IMG/VR virus record: IMGVR_UViG_3300014656_000025
Span: 6,498-70,497 of that record
DNA length: 64,000 nucleotides
Direction: 5' to 3' (one strand)
Source of the DNA: a virus
Lineage: Duplodnaviria; Caudoviricetes
The notes under the pieces were generated by a model that saw only the letters and a program-made list of their open reading frames with translations, was not told the origin of the DNA and ran no database searches. Below, in pieces: positions 58,041 through 64,000 of this stretch (the stretch's first letter is position 1; each line of letters begins with the position of its first letter). Made by a program: the position numbers and the translations under genes.

Positions 58041-58069
58041 GTTATATCAAGTATTCAATCGAATGTCAA
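58041..58069 (-). promoter_or_regulatory. promoter of the permuted tRNA
   Basis: TTGACA-N17-TATAAC with TGn; first stem begins 6 nt after the -10 box. Confidence 0.75.
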
Positions 58070-58084
58070 GAACTATTTTTACTT

Positions 58085-58579
58085 TTATTCCACATCAATT
58101 TTTGGTATAGTCCATAATCCATCATCATTCCATCGGCCAACTTCAACGCCAGCCTCAATCAACATCTCAAGTCCTAATTCATCATAAAGCGGTTCATCCA
58201 AGCACACTACTCTTTTAATCCCCGCGTTGATGATAACTCCAACACAATTCTTACAGGGAACACAACACCAGCAGTACATCGTGCAATCCTTTATGTTGAT
58301 ACCGTTCCTAGCAGCTTGTGCGATAGCGTTGACCTCAGCATGTACAGCAGGGCAATACTCAAGCCCTTCCCCAGAACCATATCCCATTGTGCGCCTGCGA
58401 CATTCAGTATTGCGGTCCTGGCACAAGTCAACGCCACGGGGCGCACCGTTGTAGCCTTCCGAAACAATTGAGCCATCCTTGACGATAATAGCAGCAATTT
58501 GACGCGAAGAACATTTAGACCTCTGCGCCACAACCTTTGCCACTTCTAAAAACTGACGGTCTTTTGCTACACTCAACAC
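58085..58579 (-). CDS. dCMP deaminase
   Basis: SEGYNGAP, HAEVNAI, PCKNC. Confidence 0.92.
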   Translation of the reverse strand: MLSVAKDRQFLEVAKVVAQRSKCSSRQIAAIIVKDGSIVSEGYNGAPRGVDLCQDRNTECRRRTMGYGSGEGLEYCPAVHAEVNAIAQAARNGINIKDCTMYCWCCVPCKNCVGVIINAGIKRVVCLDEPLYDELGLEMLIEAGVEVGRWNDDGLWTIPKIDVE

Positions 58580-58788
58580 GTTCGCCTCTCTTGATACCTA
58601 AACTCTGGCCTTGGTTGTTCTGAAAGCGGCGTCACGGGCAAGTCCTTGAAGCGCTTGCGATTCACCAGTCCGCACTTGCACTTTCCTTTGCCCTCGTATT
58701 TATCAACCCACTCATGGCATTTAGGGCAATGCAAACCACCCTGCCACGCAACAATGAGGATTGGTCCCTTAGTCTGATTGGGATTCAT
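58573..58788 (-). CDS. small Zn-ribbon protein
   Basis: CPKC..CKC; ATG at 58788. Confidence 0.5.
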   Translation of the reverse strand: MNPNQTKGPILIVAWQGGLHCPKCHEWVDKYEGKGKCKCGLVNRKRFKDLPVTPLSEQPRPEFRYQERRTC

Positions 58789-58988
58789 GAAAACCTCCCA
58801 CCTGTCAAAAAACTCCACACGCACACACACATTGCGATGGCGATGGCATACATGCAGACACCTAAAACAAGTTGGTTGGCTGCAATAAACTCCACACCAG
58901 CATAAACACAAGCACCAGCAACCACCAATATGAACACAGCGTGTAGTATGTCAATTACTGGCGGCAGCTGCATGTTGCGATTCTTCAT
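58785..58988 (-). CDS. small two-TM membrane protein
   Basis: leaderless ATG at 58988; hydrophobic. Confidence 0.55.
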   Translation of the reverse strand: MKNRNMQLPPVIDILHAVFILVVAGACVYAGVEFIAANQLVLGVCMYAIAIAMCVCVWSFLTGGRFS

Positions 58989-58995
58989 ATCTGGC

Positions 58996-59024
58996 ATTAT
59001 ATCACACCCACACCGCAATGTCAA
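58996..59024 (-). promoter_or_regulatory. perfect-consensus sigma70 promoter
   Basis: TTGACA-N17-TATAAT with TGn. Confidence 0.85.
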
Positions 59025-59029
59025 TAAGA

Positions 59030-59107
59030 AACAGAAAAGCCTACTCCGAAGAGCAGGCTATTTCTGCAAAGGCCCTTATGAGCCTTCCACCTCCACGGTA
59101 GTGGATT
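59030..59107 (-). ncRNA. candidate ~80-nt small RNA
   Basis: own promoter, two hairpins, intrinsic terminator at 59038-59059; no ORF. Confidence 0.5.
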
Positions 59108-59113
59108 GCAATC

Positions 59114-59179
59114 AGTGTAGCACACATTGCGCCTAATGTCAAACTTTTCCTTGACACATAATGGTGGGTGTGCTATGAT
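59114..59179. promoter_or_regulatory. back-to-back divergent sigma70 promoters
   Basis: - strand TTGACA-N17-TACACT (59142-59114); + strand TTGACA-N17-TATGAT (59151-59179); both with TGn. Confidence 0.8.
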
Positions 59180-59236
59180 GGTCTCACAAAGCAGTTAAAT
59201 CCTGAACGGCTAACACAAGCCTAAGGAGCGTGCAGA

Positions 59237-59944
59237 ATGTATTTGAACAGCTTTAGCGTAAGGGTGCCAGAAGGCACCGAAAAAGAGTCGGGGTATGTAG
59301 AACTGAATCATGGCAAGCAGTACGCACTCCTGTTGAGGAATGGCAGGAACGTGAGGTGTGATGCGGATGTTACGATTGACGGAAAGCCAGTCGGCACATT
59401 CCGCATAGCTGCCAACTCTAGCCTCTCCCTCGAAAGGCCGCCCAACGAGGACAAGCGGTTCACGTTCTATAAGGCGGATACGAGTGAGGCAAAGGAAAGT
59501 GGGCAAGCCGATATTCCCAGCGACAGCTTCGGCTTGATACAAGTCACATTCAGGGTAGAGAAGGCTGAGTTGTATGTGTGGCACGGTGAGTGGCACTCGT
59601 CTAACCCTTGGCGTCCCCATAATCCATGGATTACCACATACGGGGGAAGTTTTAGCAGCGAGGTCTTACGAGGCGACTCGGCGTATACCTGCACTCTGTC
59701 AGATACTCCAGTTGCAAGCCAAGCCGAAGTGTCCTCGACGACTGATGAGAGGTCTGCGGGCATAACAGGTCTGTCTGGCCACAGCGACCAAGAATTCGTA
59801 GCGGTCGGCCCGATGGACTACGACGAATCGTACACGACGACCATCAGTATTAGGCTAGTGGCAACTGAGGCGCAGCGCGGCGACCCAACACCATTGAAGC
59901 CAGTCACTCATCACAATCCTGTACCGCCGACTGTGTATGCATAG
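59237..59944 (+). CDS. hypothetical protein
   Basis: 235 aa with RBS TAAGGAG; downstream of the promoter. Confidence 0.75.
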   Translation: MYLNSFSVRVPEGTEKESGYVELNHGKQYALLLRNGRNVRCDADVTIDGKPVGTFRIAANSSLSLERPPNEDKRFTFYKADTSEAKESGQADIPSDSFGLIQVTFRVEKAELYVWHGEWHSSNPWRPHNPWITTYGGSFSSEVLRGDSAYTCTLSDTPVASQAEVSSTTDERSAGITGLSGHSDQEFVAVGPMDYDESYTTTISIRLVATEAQRGDPTPLKPVTHHNPVPPTVYA

Positions 59945-60019
59945 CTTGTCCTCACCGCACCTTTAGGGCTAGGAAGCGGTGGAGTAGCATCGTAGGATGC
60001 GTGGTTAAAGCCCTGCCAT

Positions 60020-60093
60020 TGCGAGATAGGGTAGAGGCTACCCGCCAGACTCATATTCTGGAGACGCCGGTTCAAATCCGGCTCTCGCTACCA
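60020..60093 (+). tRNA. tRNA-Met/Ile2 (CAT), U1:U72 mismatch, encoded CCA
   Basis: CCAGA-CTCATAT-TCTGG, GCCGG-TTCAAAT-CCGGC, TCTCGCT-A-CCA. Confidence 0.85.
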
Positions 60094-60105
60094 AAGTTCA
60101 ACAGT

Positions 60106-60180
60106 CTGGGCGTAGCTCGGTGGATGAGCGTATGCCTTGGGAGCATAAGGACGGAGGTTCGACCCCTCCCGCCCAGACCA
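60106..60180 (+). tRNA. tRNA-Pro (TGG)
   Basis: CTGGGCG/CGCCCAG, TATGC-CTTGGGA-GCATA, encoded CCA. Confidence 0.92.
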
Positions 60181-60191
60181 ATTATTTACAC

Positions 60192-60263
60192 AAGGGCATA
60201 GCTTAGCGGAAGAGCAGCCGCCTCATAAGCGGCAGGTCACTGGTTCAATTCCAGTTGCCCTCA
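60192..60263 (+). tRNA. tRNA-Ile2/Met (CAT), A1:C72 mismatch, no encoded CCA
   Basis: GCCGC-CTCATAA-GCGGC, ACTGG-TTCAATT-CCAGT. Confidence 0.85.
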
Positions 60264-60446
60264 CCCGCTTCTCCTGCCATGTGTAGGATGAGGTCTTTGG
60301 TCGTCAAAGTAACCAATCTAGGGCGACCACTGCAAGTAGCACATTGCCATTGCTGAAAATCGGTCTCGGAACTGTGTGGCGAGGAACCGCTAGCATCTTC
60401 CGCCCTATAGCTTTGGCAACTGGGGAGCAACGTACTCCCCAAACGC

Positions 60447-60488
60447 AATCGGCGGTCACTCAAGCTAAGTGGCCGCCGATTTGTTTTT
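60447..60488. terminator. strong, probably bidirectional terminator
   Basis: AATCGGCGGTCACT-N7-AGTGGCCGCCGATT then TTGTTTTT; lies between convergent RNA units. Confidence 0.85.
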
Positions 60489-60537
60489 AGACTATATGAT
60501 TTGCTATCGAACCATTAGGAAATACCGAAAAGTTGCT

Positions 60538-60612
60538 TGGTGGACGTGGCGGGGGCGAACCCGCGTCCGTTGCCAGTACAACAATGCGGCAGCGTCGAAA
60601 CCTTTCACGCCC
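60538..60612 (-). ncRNA. minimal tmRNA: tRNA-like domain only, no tag ORF
   Basis: GGGCGTG-AAAGGTTTCGAC-helix-GGAC-GCGGGTTCGCCCCCGC-CACGTCC-A-CCA; G3:U70 and A73. Confidence 0.8.
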
Positions 60613-60620
60613 ACTGCCTC

Positions 60621-60691
60621 ATTATAGCACCACTACCGCAGCATGTCGAGTAAAAACTTCCCTTGACAACCACTTTCCTGTATGCTACAAT
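60621..60691. promoter_or_regulatory. divergent promoters (mini-tmRNA and Cys-rich gene cluster)
   Basis: - strand TCGACA-N17-TATAAT with TGn (60649-60621); + strand TTGACA-N17-TACAAT with TGn (60663-60691). Confidence 0.75.
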
Positions 60692-60700
60692 AGAGGTGTT

Positions 60701-60811
60701 ATGGAAGAAAAAGCTAGTAAACTTAAGTGGATGTCAGATGCTGCGATATGTGAGTTGTTGGAAGAAGGACTGCGAAACAAAACCAAAACACTGGAGACTG
60801 ATGATGGGTAA
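60701..60811 (+). CDS. small hypothetical protein
   Basis: RBS GAGGTG plus ATG at 60701. Confidence 0.5.
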   Translation: MEEKASKLKWMSDAAICELLEEGLRNKTKTLETDDG

Positions 60812-61376
60812 TTTCGTAGGTGACCCAATGTGCATTGAAGGACTGTTCTACGAATTGAAACGCAATCACACACCGATTAACCAATGCCCAAGTGATTTCG
60901 ACAAGACCGTGGAATGTCCTTGTTGTATGGCGCTGGGGTCTTTGTATCAAACAGAAGCCCATTACCATAGTCATGTAGCAAAAGTAAATGGCGAGATGGA
61001 AGGAGGCGTCGCGTGGAAGTGTGTAAGTTGCTACAGTGTATTCACGGAAGCGTTTCGTATCGACTGCTATAATCATTATTTCGACCATGAATTCCACTTC
61101 CGATATTACACCCATTGTTACAAAATATGCTGTTGCGTCAACTGTAGATATGTAACTAGACAAGAGTGTGCCGAAAACAATAAAAACCATTGCTGTCCAC
61201 TTTGGGCGACCGACCAAGAATCACAAGATGAGATATGCGGAAAACCCAACCCTAAATGCCCTGAATGCGGTGGCAACATGCAACAATATCTACGCACACA
61301 CGAGGGAATAAGTGTATTATTATGGGAATGCGACGACTGCCACGCTTGTCCTGTGCATCTTAGGGAGAGGTTCTAG
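60801..61376 (+). CDS. Cys/His-rich hypothetical protein
   Basis: multiple CxxC pairs; ATG at 60801. Confidence 0.6.
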   Translation: MMGNFVGDPMCIEGLFYELKRNHTPINQCPSDFDKTVECPCCMALGSLYQTEAHYHSHVAKVNGEMEGGVAWKCVSCYSVFTEAFRIDCYNHYFDHEFHFRYYTHCYKICCCVNCRYVTRQECAENNKNHCCPLWATDQESQDEICGKPNPKCPECGGNMQQYLRTHEGISVLLWECDDCHACPVHLRERF

Positions 61377-61378
61377 TG

Positions 61379-61552
61379 ATGGCTGAATCCAATTGTCCTC
61401 CAGGCGTTCATCGTGGTGATGTTATATGCGATGAAAAGTGTGGCATGTGTTGGTGGGGATGGGCTACTACACGTGGAGACAAAGCCCGACGGAACATAAA
61501 AAAGCGGATTCTTTCTTGGCTAGATAAACTGGACAACACTAATAATGGCTGA
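61379..61552 (+). CDS. small Cys-containing protein (not in ORF track)
   Basis: MAESNCPPGVHRGDVICDEKCGMCWW..; fills the operon gap. Confidence 0.45.
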   Translation: MAESNCPPGVHRGDVICDEKCGMCWWGWATTRGDKARRNIKKRILSWLDKLDNTNNG

Positions 61553-61757
61553 CCAATCATTAACGCACAAAACATGTCCTTATTGCAAAGGCCATCTAAC
61601 TGATATACTATCTGGTGGCGCAATATCTTATTGGTATTGTGGGCCGTGTCGTATGGTGTTTATTGAAGAATCAGACGGCACTATGATTTGCAACCAAGTA
61701 GCCACAGCACTCCTAACCCCTTGTTTTCAGCTTGAAATAGGTGGTGGCGATGACTGA
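61545..61757 (+). CDS. Zn-ribbon protein
   Basis: CPYC..WYCGPC. Confidence 0.55.
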   Translation: MADQSLTHKTCPYCKGHLTDILSGGAISYWYCGPCRMVFIEESDGTMICNQVATALLTPCFQLEIGGGDD

Positions 61758-61947
61758 CCAAACACACACCAAGTGCCCTAACTGCGATGCGTGGGACACT
61801 CTCTACAAAATTGTTCACGCACTCCATATAGCATGGTGGTGCTCGGTTTGCCGCAAGTCTTTCACAGAGGAGTTACTTGATGATTGCGCTGTTGCTATGG
61901 GGGCACATCCAGTAGAGTACCAAACCGCCAAAGGAGATAAGCCATAA
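61741..61947 (+). CDS. Zn-ribbon protein
   Basis: CPNC..WWCSVC. Confidence 0.55.
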   Translation: MVAMTDQTHTKCPNCDAWDTLYKIVHALHIAWWCSVCRKSFTEELLDDCAVAMGAHPVEYQTAKGDKP

Positions 61948-62175
61948 ATGGCAAACGCAACAGTACACACTGACATTCCATGCCCTATTTGCGGAGAAAA
62001 CATGCAAGAAATATGGGCGATATGTTATGACACGCAGGGGAGAATTAAAACTATCGAAGTGGTTGATGAACAAAAATGCCCTGAGTGCAACTATCCAGCC
62101 TCCATAGCATCTAATATGTCTTCGGGGGTAGCACCTACTACAAAACCATCCTGCATACACTCACCATTCCAATAA
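61948..62175 (+). CDS. Zn-ribbon protein
   Basis: CPIC..CPEC. Confidence 0.55.
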   Translation: MANATVHTDIPCPICGENMQEIWAICYDTQGRIKTIEVVDEQKCPECNYPASIASNMSSGVAPTTKPSCIHSPFQ

Positions 62176-62570
62176 CGTATCTGCGTCAAGTTATCATCAC
62201 TCCACTGATGTATATGCACAATAGATGACAATCTTATCCATGATTCTGTAGTAGAGCGATTGTCAAAACAATCATCTTTACACAACACAAACCCCGCACG
62301 CACTTGCGCTTCTGCCATATCACTCCTCCTCGCCATCTGTGCCAATGTCGGAAACTTTGGTATCTGCGATAACTTCCGCTCGTACTCCTCTGCCACCTCA
62401 CACACGTCACTATTCCTGAAAACAATGAGTTCCGCCCCATTGAGGTTAAAGCAAACACCCACGCCTAACGTCCGCGCCAAGCGTTTTGCATTTTGCGCCA
62501 CGCACATTATGTGACTTCCAGCCAGCGGTTCCAATCTCAACGCACTCACTGCCATGTTATTCATCCTCAC
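62091..62570 (-). CDS. hypothetical protein
   Basis: 159-aa ORF in a coupled - strand operon. Confidence 0.55.
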   Translation of the reverse strand: MRMNNMAVSALRLEPLAGSHIMCVAQNAKRLARTLGVGVCFNLNGAELIVFRNSDVCEVAEEYERKLSQIPKFPTLAQMARRSDMAEAQVRAGFVLCKDDCFDNRSTTESWIRLSSIVHIHQWSDDNLTQIRYWNGECMQDGFVVGATPEDILDAMEAG

Positions 62571-62979
62571 TAGTCATTTTGATAACAGCCTCAAATATCT
62601 CATCTGATGTTCTTAGCCAGTCTGTGCCAGCCTGTGGATGGCCTATATGTTCGTGCGTGAAACCAGCCCACGTTTGATATGTAACCAAGCCATCCCTTCT
62701 TCTGCACAACCGCACAGGCATCAACCCATCAGTATTGTGTATCAACACAGCAAGCAACTTTGCTGCCTGTTTGTAACAATCCCGCTCGGCTACGTCATCA
62801 CCACTGGTCTTGTCACGCTCTATGCGCAATTCCTGCTCAAGCTCTTCAACCTTCCATTGCCACTCCCTTTTGATGTCTATGAGTTTACTGAACATCACAT
62901 CTGCTTCGATTATAGCCGCTTGGAACCGTTCTACCACCTGTCTGAAACTCAAATCATCCATCTGGGTCATCTCCATCAA
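62557..62979 (-). CDS. hypothetical coiled-coil protein
   Basis: coupled ORF. Confidence 0.55.
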   Translation of the reverse strand: MMEMTQMDDLSFRQVVERFQAAIIEADVMFSKLIDIKREWQWKVEELEQELRIERDKTSGDDVAERDCYKQAAKLLAVLIHNTDGLMPVRLCRRRDGLVTYQTWAGFTHEHIGHPQAGTDWLRTSDEIFEAVIKMTSEDE

Positions 62980-63107
62980 TCACGCCTCCATCGCTTCAAC
63001 TCCGCACTCATCTCGGCAACTTCACGCCGATAACCAATCATCTTCACACTCATTACCACACACGCAACCGCAACCACAGATATGACCACAATTGTAGCAG
63101 TTGCCAT
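62976..63107 (-). CDS. small membrane protein
   Basis: MATATIVVISVVAVACVV..; ATG at 63107. Confidence 0.45.
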   Translation of the reverse strand: MATATIVVISVVAVACVVMSVKMIGYRREVAEMSAELKRWRRD

Positions 63108-63108
63108 A

Positions 63109-63414
63109 CTACTCCGCCCAATCCGCACAACTACGCTTGGCGGGGCTGGTATCATTTGCCGCACGCGTCTCCGCCAACCATTGCTTCAAACCAGCAACCA
63201 GCAACTCCCTGTCTTCAGCAGTTACACGGAACACCTCTTCATCCCCTTCAACTATCACAAAATCACCAACACTGTCGTGAAACTTCATCCACATATTCGT
63301 GCCAAGCTGCATGCTCAAAAACTCTGGGTCAAACCCCGGTACGTCCGATGGGCCAAAAATGTCAGCCCTACTACCACCATACACATTTCCATCATTATCA
63401 TTACCTGCCATCAT
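63109..63414 (-). CDS. hypothetical protein
   Basis: RBS GAAGGAGG; acidic ORF. Confidence 0.55.
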   Translation of the reverse strand: MMAGNDNDGNVYGGSRADIFGPSDVPGFDPEFLSMQLGTNMWMKFHDSVGDFVIVEGDEEVFRVTAEDRELLVAGLKQWLAETRAANDTSPAKRSCADWAE

Positions 63415-63428
63415 AAACCTCCTTCAAA

Positions 63429-63647
63429 CTAAACTGCGTATACCCCCTGCTCGTAGACCTGCTCAATAAAACCAGCATCCAAGCGAGGTAAATACCCGTA
63501 CCAAAGAGCATAGATACACCCACACTTCCGACAACGCACTGTCACCATTTCCAATCTATTATCTCGTGAATACGGAGGCAGCGGCGGCAACCAATAACCA
63601 TCTCCTCCACAAGCCCCACAAACTGCATACGACATCGCATCTCTCAT
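63429..63647 (-). CDS. Zn-ribbon protein
   Basis: CGAC..CRKC; leaderless ATG at 63647. Confidence 0.55.
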   Translation of the reverse strand: MRDAMSYAVCGACGGDGYWLPPLPPYSRDNRLEMVTVRCRKCGCIYALWYGYLPRLDAGFIEQVYEQGVYAV

Positions 63648-63654
63648 TGGCTTC

Positions 63655-63683
63655 ATTATACACCCGTCAGCCCCCAATGTCAA
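63655..63683 (-). promoter_or_regulatory. perfect-consensus sigma70 promoter
   Basis: TTGACA-N17-TATAAT; ATG 7 nt downstream. Confidence 0.8.
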
Positions 63684-63762
63684 GAGTTATTTTTCATCGC
63701 TTTCAACAACTGCTGAAACCACCACTACTACTGAAACCGTACTGTCAAAACGAACAACCGTT

Positions 63763-63963
63763 CTAATCCCGCGAACGCCTCATCTCACAACCCGCAGCCA
63801 CACACCATCCATGCAACGCCCCCATGCTCACTCCCAGCACCCTCGCCATCTCCGCATACTCAACCCCCGCCTCGTACATCCGCACCGCCTCAGCACGAAC
63901 CCCATCCCCATACTTCACCACACCAGCCACATCGTACCCCATCCGACGCAAATACTTCCGCAC
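63763..63963 (-). CDS. HTH protein
   Basis: AVRMYEAGVEYAEMARVLGVSMGALHGW. Confidence 0.6.
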   Translation of the reverse strand: MRKYLRRMGYDVAGVVKYGDGVRAEAVRMYEAGVEYAEMARVLGVSMGALHGWCVAAGCEMRRSRD

Positions 63964-64000
63964 CGTCGGCGCAGTATAACCCGTCCGCGCTACACACTCC

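Noticed and set aside
59942-60015. Amber readthrough signal (TAG followed by a pseudoknot)
   Set aside because: The next in-frame TAG is only about 17 codons later, so readthrough adds little
60350-60470. c-di-AMP (ydaO) riboswitch resemblance (GCTGAA, GAGGAACCGC, TGGGG)
   Set aside because: Spacing and pairing do not fit the consensus, and there is no downstream gene on that strand
60485-60500. Group I intron S-element-like ATATAGTC
   Set aside because: Single short match; no P/Q/R elements or interrupted gene

Overview
A 64 kb segment of a large tailed dsDNA phage (Caudoviricetes). No host housekeeping genes, integrase, DNA polymerase or CRISPR array are visible. From left to right: (1) a + strand recombination block (RecA/UvsX-like, Hjc-like resolvase, Cas4-like exonuclease); (2) a long - strand late region (about 7.2-57.4 kb) with a T4-type head module (terminase, gp20-like portal, one fused protease-scaffold-gp23-like capsid ORF), a sheath-less siphovirus-like tail (tube, frameshifted chaperones, tape measure, fibres) and a lysis cassette; (3) an RNA-rich early/regulatory region (57.4-64 kb). 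Seven glycosyltransferases, a sulfotransferase, a methyltransferase, a radical SAM domain and an HldE-like kinase are interleaved with virion genes, suggesting virion glycosylation (inference). Two stand-alone TnpB elements and one LAGLIDADG intein are present. A prepilin-type H-X9-DG protein points to an Armatimonadota-like host (inference). The most unusual observations are non-canonical translation RNAs, each with its own near-consensus sigma70 promoter: a circularly permuted tRNA whose acceptor stem is capped by a GCAA tetraloop (57961-58034) and a 75-nt tmRNA reduced to its tRNA-like domain with no tag reading frame (60538-60612). They are accompanied by a GluRS-like catalytic domain lacking an anticodon-binding domain and a protein with two catalytically dead DNA-ligase domains. 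All calls were made by eye from motifs; no database searches were run.
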